64,000 nucleotides of DNA from Promethearchaeota archaeon (GTDB lineage: Archaea; Asgardarchaeota; Lokiarchaeia; Sigyniarchaeales; SOKP01). Numbering within the stretch: position 1 is the first letter of the stretch; each line of letters opens with the position of its first letter. Made by a program: the position numbers and the translations under genes. Of the stretch, positions 19,859 through 29,941 are shown piece by piece. The stretch is from NCBI GenBank assembly GCA_048937405.1, contig JBHLNF010000014.1:18424-82423 (forward strand), given 5' to 3'. The notes under the pieces were generated by a model. That model searched no databases. It was not told the DNA's origin and worked only from the letters and a program-made list of their open reading frames with translations.

Positions 19859-21649
19859 CTATTCTGTTTCTACTAAATTTTCCAATTCATCTATCTTATC
19901 CGAGAGATATTTGAGTCCCTTTTCCCAAAATGTAGAATCATTTAAATTAATATTAATTTCAGATAGCATCTCCTCTGGTGAAAGTGAACTCCCTAATGAA
20001 AGTAATTTCAAATATTTTGGAACAAAATCCTCTTTCTGTTCAAGATACATTTGATATAGTGAAATTACTAGAAGATTTGACATGTTATAAGCATATACAT
20101 AGAACGGGGTGGTTATAAAATGAGGAACAACAAAGATATAATTTGCATATTCTTCTCGGATATTAGTCATAGAGTTTCCAAACATTAGTTCCATTTCAGT
20201 TGCAAAAATATCTTTTATTTCTTCTGTTGTAGGTAATTTCTTTTCTAACAATCCATGAATGCTTTTTTCAAACCTATAAAAAGCATTTTGTCTATGCGAA
20301 GTTGCAAACTTTGATTCAATAAAATCACATAATAATGAAACTTTTTCTTCTCTTGTTAAATCGGTATTCATTAAATAATCAAATATTAAAATTTCATTAA
20401 ATACAGAAGCAATTTCGGCGACTACGAGTGAAGTTTCAATATTTATAAAATTTTGTTCTTGTTGGATGTAATAAGCATGAAAAGCATGACCGAGTTCATG
20501 AGCTAAAGCCCGTACTGAATCTACTGTATCAACAAAATTAGCGAAAACGAATCCATATTGCTTTTGTTTTCCATGTGAACAAAAAGCACCCCTATTTTTT
20601 CCCTTTCTTGGAGTAGCATCAATATGTTTTATTTCAACCATCTTTTCTATAATTTTTTTAAATTCTGGAATAAATTTTTCGTCAGCATCTTTTATTAGAG
20701 TCAACGCTTCTTGGTATGAATATTTTCTTGTTATTTTCCCAACTGGTGCATATAAATCTGATATATGTAATTCAGGAAGATTTAGCAATTGTTTCTTTAT
20801 ATTGTAATATTTTTCAACTATGGGATTACTCTCTGTAGTGACTCTTCCACAAACTTCGACGCTCTCATCACTAACTTCATTTTCTAAATTTCTTCTAGAG
20901 ATAGGGTTTTTGAAATTTCTTTTGGTGCATTCTAAATCCCAATCCCTTAAGATGTTGTTATATATGTGGGTGAAAATCATTTCATTTCTCTTGTATTTCG
21001 CTATAATTGCTTGTAGAGCTTTATATCGAAGATCCCTGTTCTCTTGATACATATGCGCAAAAATTTCTGCTTCAGTCAGTTTCCTTATTTCACCATTAAC
21101 TTCAAAATCAAACAGGAAATTACTTTTAAATTCACTATAAAGTTTTAGAAAACCCTTAACACCTGTTATATCTTTCATCAAAATGATTTGTTCCTCATCT
21201 TCGGAAAGTTGATATATTTTTTTCATCCTATTGAATTTGAGAGCATGAGTATAACTTTTTAATTCTGGTGAATTTATCAATTCCTTAAACTTGTTATCAG
21301 AGATTTTGTTTAATTCCAAATTAAAAAATAAGAGTTTTTGTCGAATTTTAACCCTAAACTCATCAATTTTTGCATGAAAAGTCTTTATATCATCATCAAG
21401 ATTATTTATTCTTAACAATAATTCGGCATATAATTCAATATAAAACGTTTTTTCAGAAACATTTTCATATTCTATAAACCAATCTAAGACCTGCTTTGGT
21501 GTAAGTGAAGGATCTTCTAACTTACCTTTAGCATTTTGACGAAATTCTTCTGCTAATTTTTCTATATTTTGGATATCTGTTTCAATTAATGGATCATTAA
21601 TATCTTTATAGAAATCACTTAAGTTCCATTTAATGATTTCTTGTATCAT
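19859..21649 (-). CDS. pepF: M3 family oligoendopeptidase F
   Basis: KWNLSDFY N-terminus, GKNRGAF, HELGHAFH zinc motif, AEIASVFNE, PHF...PFYVYAY. Confidence 0.9.
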   Translation of the reverse strand: MIQEIIKWNLSDFYKDINDPLIETDIQNIEKLAEEFRQNAKGKLEDPSLTPKQVLDWFIEYENVSEKTFYIELYAELLLRINNLDDDIKTFHAKIDEFRVKIRQKLLFFNLELNKISDNKFKELINSPELKSYTHALKFNRMKKIYQLSEDEEQIILMKDITGVKGFLKLYSEFKSNFLFDFEVNGEIRKLTEAEIFAHMYQENRDLRYKALQAIIAKYKRNEMIFTHIYNNILRDWDLECTKRNFKNPISRRNLENEVSDESVEVCGRVTTESNPIVEKYYNIKKQLLNLPELHISDLYAPVGKITRKYSYQEALTLIKDADEKFIPEFKKIIEKMVEIKHIDATPRKGKNRGAFCSHGKQKQYGFVFANFVDTVDSVRALAHELGHAFHAYYIQQEQNFINIETSLVVAEIASVFNEILIFDYLMNTDLTREEKVSLLCDFIESKFATSHRQNAFYRFEKSIHGLLEKKLPTTEEIKDIFATEMELMFGNSMTNIREEYANYIFVVPHFITTPFYVYAYNMSNLLVISLYQMYLEQKEDFVPKYLKLLSLGSSLSPEEMLSEININLNDSTFWEKGLKYLSDKIDELENLVETE

Positions 21650-21771
21650 AAAAGAGAAAGTAAACTACAATTATTTGAAGTTTACTATGATTCAATTATA
21701 GTTTTTATAATTATAAATATAATTATATGTACGATTTTCTTTAATTTCTCTTAGAGAATAAAGATATTATA

Positions 21772-22011
21772 ATGAGTTTTAAAAAAGGGATGTCAAAACC
21801 TACTAAATGGATTTATTTAATTGTTATTTTAATTTATACTAATACCTTTTGGATTTTTGATACGGTGAATTCTTATAGAAGTGGAATAAATCTTTGGATT
21901 CCAATAATTTTCATTGTTGCCCAAATATCCATATTTTTAATTTATCATTACGCCACGAAGGATTATTTTAGTAAGAAATTGGAAAAACAAAATAAAAATC
22001 CTCTATTATAA
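21772..22011 (+). CDS. Small membrane protein (2 TM), unknown function
   Basis: ATG start, two hydrophobic stretches. Confidence 0.55.
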   Translation: MSFKKGMSKPTKWIYLIVILIYTNTFWIFDTVNSYRSGINLWIPIIFIVAQISIFLIYHYATKDYFSKKLEKQNKNPLL

Positions 22012-22146
22012 CTTGAAGTAAATAATTATTTAAGGTTATATAACTATTTTCTTATTAGTAACTGATAATACATAATATTATTGAAAAAGGATTACTCATT
22101 CTCATCAAATAAATGCAAAATAATAATATATTGGAGGAGTGAATCT

Positions 22147-22389
22147 ATGATTAATATTAATGACCTAATATCTATCGAACCAGATGTATGTTTTGACAAG
22201 CCATATATTAAAGGTACACGAATTAAGGTAAGCTTTATTTTAGAATTAGTCTCTTCCGGTTGGACTATTGAAGAGATTTTACAAGAATATGATCATTTAT
22301 CTCGGGAACAAGTTAATGCTTGTTTAATTTATGTTGGATATATTGTAGACAATTATAATGGAAAAATGGAAATCTCCAATGAAATATAA
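22147..22389 (+). CDS. DUF433 family antitoxin
   Basis: PDVCFDKPYIKGTRIKV...GWTIEEILQEY..LSREQV signature; GGAGG upstream of ATG 22147. Confidence 0.85.
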   Translation: MININDLISIEPDVCFDKPYIKGTRIKVSFILELVSSGWTIEEILQEYDHLSREQVNACLIYVGYIVDNYNGKMEISNEI

Positions 22390-22456
22390 ATTCTTTTGTG
22401 ATGAAAATATACAAATCATGTTGAAATATCTAGTATATGATTATTTTTTAGAATGA
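22379..22456 (+). pseudogene. Truncated DUF5615/PIN-like toxin stub
   Basis: MKYKFFCDENI overlaps the DUF433 stop and ends after 25 codons. Confidence 0.6.
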
Positions 22457-22499
22457 ATAATTCAAATCTTTAAGAATCAAGCTAAACAGGGAATTAATT

Positions 22500-23402
22500 A
22501 TGTTAAAGGGAATACATTTTCTGCTAACTTATACATGCAATTATTCATGTGATCACTGCTTTTTATATTGCAGTCCAAACTCAAAAGGAACTTTTTCATT
22601 AACTCAAATAAAACAAGTCCTTGGGGAAGCATTAAAAATAGGAACAGTTGAATGGGTTTATTTTGAGGGAGGGGAACCATTCCTCTATTATCCTTTAATG
22701 ATTGAAGGCATTAAACTCGCGAATAAAATGGGATTTAAAACAGGAGTAGTTACTAATTCATATTGGGCAACTAATGTTGAAGATGCATTAATTTGGCTTA
22801 AACCCTTCTCAGAAATTGGAATTAATGAAATTAGTATAAGTGATGATAGTTTTCATTTTGGTGATGAAGAATTAAATTTGGCTAAAAATGCTCGAAGAGC
22901 AGTGGAAAATCTAAACATTTCTTCAACTTCAATTTGCATTAATGAGCCTACTGTAGAGGAGGGGATTGTTAAAAACCATGAAAAAGGGGAACCTGTTATA
23001 AAGGGAGGAGCAATGTTTAGAGGGAGAGCTGTTGAAACCTTAATAGATGGATTACCTAAAAAATCATGGGAGGATTTAAAAAAATGTCCTTATGAAGACC
23101 TTGAAGGTCTTGGAAGAGTTCACGTAGATTCATTTGGTAATGTACAAATCTGTCAAGGATTAAGCATTGGAAATATGTGGGAGACATCTCTTTCAGAATT
23201 GATCAAAAAATATGATGCATTTACCCATCCTATTTGTGGACCTTTAATTAAAGGCGGTCCTTCTGAACTAGTTAGAGAATATAAAGTTGACCATGAAGAA
23301 GAATATGTTGATGAATGTCATCTTTGTTATCTTGCTAGAATACATTTAATTAATAAATTTCCACAGTATCTTACACCTGTTCAAGTATATGGATTAGATT
23401 AG
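22500..23402 (+). CDS. Radical SAM protein with C-terminal Cys-rich (SPASM/twitch-like) extension
   Basis: CNYSCDHC (CxxxCxxC), EGGEP, VDSFGNVQIC, DECHLC. Confidence 0.88.
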   Translation: MLKGIHFLLTYTCNYSCDHCFLYCSPNSKGTFSLTQIKQVLGEALKIGTVEWVYFEGGEPFLYYPLMIEGIKLANKMGFKTGVVTNSYWATNVEDALIWLKPFSEIGINEISISDDSFHFGDEELNLAKNARRAVENLNISSTSICINEPTVEEGIVKNHEKGEPVIKGGAMFRGRAVETLIDGLPKKSWEDLKKCPYEDLEGLGRVHVDSFGNVQICQGLSIGNMWETSLSELIKKYDAFTHPICGPLIKGGPSELVREYKVDHEEEYVDECHLCYLARIHLINKFPQYLTPVQVYGLD

Positions 23403-23576
23403 CTTTTTATATCTCTACAAAATAATTTTGCACATTATTAGAAGGAAACATGTCAATAGATTCTTCATTATCCTATTCTATACCAAAGTGTTAAATATAA
23501 TTTGTTTTGTTTTATATTGGTATAAGAAAATTCTCATAATTACATTTTTAAGAAAAAATATAGTAGAGGATTTATT

Positions 23577-26500
23577 TTGATTGAAATGGGGGAAAATCAA
23601 TCTGATAATACAGTAAATTTATTTAAAACTATTTATAATGATTCTCCAATTGGAATTGAGATCTATGATTTGAATGGAAAATTAATTGATGTAAATCAAT
23701 CATGCTTGGAATTATTTGGTGTATATAGTAAAGACGATATTAAAGGATTTAATCTCTTAGATGATCCAAATGTCCCCAAAAAGTATTTAACAAAATTAAA
23801 ACAAGGAGAATCAGTAAGATATGAAAGTATATTTGATTTTGATTTAGTAAAAAGTTATAATTTATACAAAACTGCAAAATCAGGTAAAATCTATCTCGAT
23901 GTTCTGATTACACCTTTGTTTCTTACAGAAGATAAGTCTATCAGTAATTATTTAGTTCAAGTTCGAGATATCTCAGCTCAAAAAATAGCGGAACAGAAAT
24001 TGATATTATTTAATGAGGAGTTAGAAAAGAAAATACAAGATAAAATTAAAGAATTAAAGAAATTGGAAGCAAATTGGCGTGTTTTGGTAGAGGAAGCCCC
24101 AGATATAATCTTAACAGTAGATCGTAGTGGATATATTTTATATATTAATAGAGATTTCCTTGTAAAAACAAGAGAGGATGTAATTGGAACAAATGTGCTG
24201 GACTATATAAATACTAAACATCATGAGATAGTCAAAAAATCAATAGAAAAAGTATTTCAAACTGGAGAACCTGGGTATTATGAGATTTGTAGCATTGAAC
24301 CTAACAATGATAAGGTATGGTATTCAACTCGTCTCGGAGCGATTAAAGAAGGTGAGGAAGTTAAATCAGTTATGGTATTGGCAAGAGAGATTACTGAAAA
24401 AAAAAAGGTAGAACAGAAATTAAGAGAATCTGAAGAAAAATTTAAAATTCTTACTGAACAATCCTTAATGGGTATTGGAATCCTCCAAGATGGATTGGTT
24501 AAATATGCCTCTAAAAAACTTGCTGATATCTATGGATTTTCAATTGAAGAGATATTGAATTTTGAACCTAACAGATTTTTAAGCTTAATTGATCCTGAGT
24601 TTCTGGAGCTTGTGAGAGCCCAATCAAGAAAGAAACAATTAGGAGATGAAGATGTCATCACTAATTATGAACATAAAATAATTAAAAAGACAGGAGAAAA
24701 AAGATGGGTAGAAAATTATTCAAAATCAATCAATTATAAAGGCAAACCGGCAGATCTAGTTATAAACTTAGATATTACTGAACGTAAGAAAGCCGAAAAT
24801 AAGTTACGAGAAAGTAAGCAATTACTACAAACAACTTTATATAATCTTCAGGATGCAATATTTATTTTAGATGATAAAATTCCTCCTAAAGTTATTGATT
24901 GTAACCCAGCTTCGAAAAAAATTTTTGGATATTTACAAAGTGAACTTATTGGCAGCACAACTGCACTCTTACATGTTGATGATAATTCTCTAAAAACATT
25001 CCAAACATTAGTTCTCCCTAAACTCCAAGAACATGGCAATATTCAAAATTTTGAATATAAAATGAAAAGGAAAGATGGAACTATATTTCCTACTGAACAT
25101 GCGATTAGTGAGTTCAGAAATGAAAAAGGTGAAAAGTTTGGATTGGTTAGTTTAGTAAGAGATATTACTACGCGCAAAAAATTTGAAGAAAAGATTCATT
25201 ATCAGGCAAAACTTGTTGATGAGGTATCTGATGCTATTATATCTACGGATTTAAATTTTAATATTATCACCTGGAATAAAGCAGCAGAATCAATATATGG
25301 ATGGAGTGAGAAAGAAGCAATTAGAAAAAATATTAGTGCTATTATACCAGCGACATATCCTTATAATAAAGAAAAAGATGTAATTAAAAAATTATTGGAA
25401 GAGGGTTTCTGGAAGGGAGAAGTTGTTCAATATAATAGAGAATGTTTACCATTAATTATTCTTTCTTCAGTTTCAATGATTAAAGATATAAAAGGAGATC
25501 CTACTGGTATCGTAGTTATTAATCATGATATTACAGAATATAAGATAGCAGAGGAAAAGATCAGAGAATCAGAAAAAAAGATATTGGATTTAATTGAATC
25601 TGTTCCGGTTGGGATTTCTATTACAACTCCAGAAGGAAATATTATTGAATGTAATTCAAATGCTGTTCGACTCTTTGGTTATAATTCAAAAGAAGAATTT
25701 ATGGATACTCTTGTTATTGAATTATACCATTCACCTAATGATAGGGATAATTTTCTTGAATTACATAAAAATGGAATGGTTAATAATCTTGAAATTCAGT
25801 TTAGACGAAAAAATGGCTCAAGCTTTTGGGGATCGCTTAATTCAATTGCACATAATATAGGAAATCAAACTTATTTTATTAATTCCTTTCAAGATATAAC
25901 AGAACGAAAAGAAGCTGAACTTAGAATTCAGCAGAGTGAAGAAAAATATCGTAGTTTATTTAATAATGCACCGTTCGCAATAGTTCTCTTCAATATTGAA
26001 GGATATATCTTAGATTGTAATGATGCAACCTTTAAGATTACGGGTTATCAAAAAGATGAATTGATTGGAAAGAATTTTAAAGAATTTGATTTTTATATTG
26101 ATATCCGAAATGCCGATATTGAAAAGCGTAAGGAAGAAATTAAACAAGGAAAGGTTCCAAAACCTAGAGAAATTCTTCTTAAAAATAAAGATCGAGTTGA
26201 ATTTTGGGCCCGTACTTACCTTGAATTCATATATTTGGGTACTGAAACCTATATTCAAGCTATTATACAAGATATATCAGATCAAAAAAGAGCTGAGCAG
26301 AAATTAAAGGATTCAGAAGAAAAATATCGAAACATATCAAATCAGTATAAAATGTTATTAGAATCTATAATGGATGGCGTTTACGCTTTAAATAGAGATT
26401 GGGAATATATTCTTGTTAATAAAAATGCTGAAAGTCTTATTAATATACCCATTAACAAATTATTAGGAAATAAAATATTCGATGTTTTTCCTGGTATTGA

Positions 26501-28550
26501 GAAAACAACTTTTTTTAAAGTTTATGATAATGTTATGAAAACTAGAAATTCTGAGCGTGTTATTGATTCTTTTATACTCCCAGATGGTAAACAAGGATAT
26601 TTTGAAGTAAATGTTTATCCCATAAAAGAGGGGATATTATGTATAGGAAGGAATGTCACTGAAGAGAAACAAATCGAGAAAAAGCTAAAACAATCTGAAG
26701 AGAGGTTAAAATACCTTGTTTCTTCAAGTCCCTCTGTAATTTACAGTTCTAAAACATCAGGTAATTATGGAACTACATTCATGAGTGATAATGTTGAAAA
26801 AATGTGGGGATATAGTTCTGATCTCTTTCTAAATGATTCAGATTTCTGGATTGAACATGTTCATCCAGAAGATAAAGAAAATGTATTTGATATTCTCTCA
26901 AAATTATTTGAAAAGGAACACATAGTTTTTCAATATCGATTCAAACTTAATGATGGAACTTATCATTGGATGCGGGATGAAATTATGTTAATTCGAGATG
27001 ATTCTGGTAATCCAGTAGAAACAATAGGATCAGTTATTGACATTGACGATAGGGTTAAAGCTGAGCAAAAGTTAATTAAGTCAGAAGAAAAATATCGCAC
27101 ATTGATTAATAATATTCCTGGGATGATTTATAGAGGAAATCCTGATTGGACTGTACAGTTTATCTCTAATAGTGAAATAATTTCAGGATATAGAGAGGAA
27201 GATTTTAATTCTCAAGAAATAAATTGGATCCATATTATTCATCCAAAAGACAGAGATGCTATAATTAAGGAAGGAAATCTTATGAATGAAAATCCAATAT
27301 CATTATCACAGGTTTATAGAATTATCACCAAAAATGGAGTTATTAAATGGGTAAATGATTATAAATCATCCTATTTTGATGAGAAAGGAAGTTTTTGTGG
27401 TGTTGATGGGGTTGTTTATGATATTACTGCTCGTAAAAAAGTAGAGCAGGAATTAAAGGAATCAGAAGAAAAATTCAGAACTATAGCTGAACAGTCTACA
27501 TTAGGAATATTTATTCAACAAGATGATGAGATAAAATTTGTTAATAAAGCATTTTCGGAAATTATAGAGTATCCAATGGAAGAGATTAATAGATGGAAAG
27601 CGAGAGATATATTAAAAGTTGTATATCAGGAAGATTTACAAAGAGTGAAAGAAAAAGGGCGATTACGAGAGGAAAATGACTATGATGAGATTATCAACTA
27701 TGAATGTAGAATATTAACAAAATCAGAAAAAGTTAAATGGGTTGAAATTATGTCAAAAGCAATAAGATATCTCGGGAAGTACGCTTTATTAATTTCAGTG
27801 ATAGATATAACAGCTAGAAAGAAAGTAGAAGAACAATTACTAGAGATAGGTAATTTAAAATCAGAGTTATTAAGTAGGACATCACACGAACTTAAAACAC
27901 CATTAGTCTCAATAAAAGGTTATACTGATTTATTATTGACTCAACATTATAGAATGCTAGATATTTATACTATCTCGGTTTTGAATGAAATAAAACAAGG
28001 TTGTCATCGTCTTGAGTCTTTAATACAGGATCTTTTAGAAACTTCAAAACTAGAGTCTGAAGAGATAAAATTAAATAAGGAAGAAGAAGATTTAGCCTTT
28101 TTAATTAGATTTTGTATTAGAGATTTAAGAGGTTTGTTAGAGGCCAGAAATCATGAATTGGTTTTAGATATTCAAAACAATATGTATACACTTATGGAGA
28201 AAGAGAGAATCTATGAAGTGATCATGAATTTATTAAGTAATTCGATAAAATATACTCCTCCAAATGGGCAGATTCTAATCAAATCTGAAATAAAAGAGGA
28301 TAAGTATTTGATATCAATAAAAGATAATGGTATTGGTTTAACTGAAAATGAGAAAATAAAAGTCTTTAAAAAATTTGGAAAAATCGAACGCTATGGTAAA
28401 GGAATGGATGTTGTATCAGAGGGTTCAGGATTAGGTCTATATATCTCAAAAAGAATAATAGATCTTCACGGTGGAGAAATTTGGGTTGATTCAGAAGGGA
28501 GAAATAAAGGATCTACTTTTTTCTTTTCTCTGCCAATAATAAAAAAATAA
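23577..28550 (+). CDS. Cytoplasmic sensor histidine kinase with about 11 PAS/PAC domains
   Basis: Repeated ESEEKF/YR...DITERK linkers, H-box SHELKTPL, N-box NLLSNSIKY, DNGIG, GSGLGL. Confidence 0.92.
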   Translation: MIEMGENQSDNTVNLFKTIYNDSPIGIEIYDLNGKLIDVNQSCLELFGVYSKDDIKGFNLLDDPNVPKKYLTKLKQGESVRYESIFDFDLVKSYNLYKTAKSGKIYLDVLITPLFLTEDKSISNYLVQVRDISAQKIAEQKLILFNEELEKKIQDKIKELKKLEANWRVLVEEAPDIILTVDRSGYILYINRDFLVKTREDVIGTNVLDYINTKHHEIVKKSIEKVFQTGEPGYYEICSIEPNNDKVWYSTRLGAIKEGEEVKSVMVLAREITEKKKVEQKLRESEEKFKILTEQSLMGIGILQDGLVKYASKKLADIYGFSIEEILNFEPNRFLSLIDPEFLELVRAQSRKKQLGDEDVITNYEHKIIKKTGEKRWVENYSKSINYKGKPADLVINLDITERKKAENKLRESKQLLQTTLYNLQDAIFILDDKIPPKVIDCNPASKKIFGYLQSELIGSTTALLHVDDNSLKTFQTLVLPKLQEHGNIQNFEYKMKRKDGTIFPTEHAISEFRNEKGEKFGLVSLVRDITTRKKFEEKIHYQAKLVDEVSDAIISTDLNFNIITWNKAAESIYGWSEKEAIRKNISAIIPATYPYNKEKDVIKKLLEEGFWKGEVVQYNRECLPLIILSSVSMIKDIKGDPTGIVVINHDITEYKIAEEKIRESEKKILDLIESVPVGISITTPEGNIIECNSNAVRLFGYNSKEEFMDTLVIELYHSPNDRDNFLELHKNGMVNNLEIQFRRKNGSSFWGSLNSIAHNIGNQTYFINSFQDITERKEAELRIQQSEEKYRSLFNNAPFAIVLFNIEGYILDCNDATFKITGYQKDELIGKNFKEFDFYIDIRNADIEKRKEEIKQGKVPKPREILLKNKDRVEFWARTYLEFIYLGTETYIQAIIQDISDQKRAEQKLKDSEEKYRNISNQYKMLLESIMDGVYALNRDWEYILVNKNAESLINIPINKLLGNKIFDVFPGIEKTTFFKVYDNVMKTRNSERVIDSFILPDGKQGYFEVNVYPIKEGILCIGRNVTEEKQIEKKLKQSEERLKYLVSSSPSVIYSSKTSGNYGTTFMSDNVEKMWGYSSDLFLNDSDFWIEHVHPEDKENVFDILSKLFEKEHIVFQYRFKLNDGTYHWMRDEIMLIRDDSGNPVETIGSVIDIDDRVKAEQKLIKSEEKYRTLINNIPGMIYRGNPDWTVQFISNSEIISGYREEDFNSQEINWIHIIHPKDRDAIIKEGNLMNENPISLSQVYRIITKNGVIKWVNDYKSSYFDEKGSFCGVDGVVYDITARKKVEQELKESEEKFRTIAEQSTLGIFIQQDDEIKFVNKAFSEIIEYPMEEINRWKARDILKVVYQEDLQRVKEKGRLREENDYDEIINYECRILTKSEKVKWVEIMSKAIRYLGKYALLISVIDITARKKVEEQLLEIGNLKSELLSRTSHELKTPLVSIKGYTDLLLTQHYRMLDIYTISVLNEIKQGCHRLESLIQDLLETSKLESEEIKLNKEEEDLAFLIRFCIRDLRGLLEARNHELVLDIQNNMYTLMEKERIYEVIMNLLSNSIKYTPPNGQILIKSEIKEDKYLISIKDNGIGLTENEKIKVFKKFGKIERYGKGMDVVSEGSGLGLYISKRIIDLHGGEIWVDSEGRNKGSTFFFSLPIIKK

Positions 28551-28730
28551 TTTTAGAATATTTTAACTGTTATTAAATTTTATAATGTTTCTCTTTTTGT
28601 TATTCCATCGTGAAAATATTAACTTATAAAAGGATTCAAATACTCAAAATTTATTATTCTATTATAGTACTAAAAAAATACTTCTTTTAATATCAAAGAA
28701 CCATAGATAAAAAGTTAAACTGAACAAAAA

Positions 28731-29924
28731 ATGGAATATGTTGATAAAAAAAAACTCCAAACTCTCTTTAAATGGTATATGCAAGAAGTGGGAGAAAGTT
28801 TAATCTCAGTTCTGGTTGTTGGACGCGATGGATTAATAATTGAAATTTTAACTCGAGAGCCAGAAAAAAATGATGAAAAGAAATTTATAGGTGCTTTCAG
28901 CTCTTTAGTCGAATTAATATTAAAAAAGTTGACTCAAGAATTTGATCTTGGAACTTTTGGCGCCGGAACATTTGATACAGATAAATACAGGTTTATCTTT
29001 TGTGAATCGGGGTCTGATTATATTTTAGTTTCTATCCTCAATCATGTTGCTTTAGTTGATGATATATTTCCATATACTTATTTAGCTGCTGAAAAGGTAG
29101 TAAGAATTATGGAGGGGGAGTTTCCAGTTAGTCCTGTGATTCCTAAAGTAAAGCGAAATACTGAACTTGAAAAGATTAAGCGAAAAATGGATTATTACCA
29201 AAATAAACCACACTCACCGGAATATATTTACAAACTTTCTCTGATTGGAGATGGTGGTGTGGGTAAAACTAGTATGGCTCAGAGATATGTTCACGGAATT
29301 TTTAAAGCAGATTATAAAGCTACTATTGGTACTTTCATTTCTAAAAAAGAATGCGAATTTAAAGAATTAGGGACTTCTGTTAGATTTATGATATGGGATC
29401 TAGCAGGACAAACTCAATTCGAACGGTTATGGTCAGACTATTTAACAGATTCTCGTGCGGGAATAATTGTATTTGACATTACAAATAGAGAATCTTTTGA
29501 GCATGTCAAGAAATGGTATAATACCATTTCAAAAGTCGCATTACCTAATATTGTTTTGATACTAGTAGGAAATAAGATAGATCTAAATACATCTAGAATT
29601 GTTTCAACTGAAGAAGGTATGAATTTAGCTAAAGATCTAGGAATACACTATATGGAGACATCAGCAAAAACGAATGAGAATATTGATGATGTTTTTGAGT
29701 GGACTGCTCTTCAAATCATCAATAGGAATATTGAAGAAGAAAAAGAATCATTTGTTGACAAACAATTTGAAGAAGGGGCGGAATTTATTATTTCAAGTCC
29801 TCAATTAAAAGTATTGAATCAATATTTTACAAAACAATTGGATTATTGCATCGGAAAAAGTGATACAGCAGAAACAATTAAATATTTAGATCTTTTAAAA
29901 GCAATAGGAAAAAAGAAATTATAG
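28731..29924 (+). CDS. Roadblock/LC7-like domain fused to a Rab-like small GTPase
   Basis: N-terminal VLVVGRDGLII roadblock-like region; G1 GDGGVGKTS, G2 YKATIG, G3 WDLAGQ, G4 GNKID, G5 ETSAK. Confidence 0.88.
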   Translation: MEYVDKKKLQTLFKWYMQEVGESLISVLVVGRDGLIIEILTREPEKNDEKKFIGAFSSLVELILKKLTQEFDLGTFGAGTFDTDKYRFIFCESGSDYILVSILNHVALVDDIFPYTYLAAEKVVRIMEGEFPVSPVIPKVKRNTELEKIKRKMDYYQNKPHSPEYIYKLSLIGDGGVGKTSMAQRYVHGIFKADYKATIGTFISKKECEFKELGTSVRFMIWDLAGQTQFERLWSDYLTDSRAGIIVFDITNRESFEHVKKWYNTISKVALPNIVLILVGNKIDLNTSRIVSTEEGMNLAKDLGIHYMETSAKTNENIDDVFEWTALQIINRNIEEEKESFVDKQFEEGAEFIISSPQLKVLNQYFTKQLDYCIGKSDTAETIKYLDLLKAIGKKKL

Positions 29925-29941
29925 AGAATTCTATAATTATA

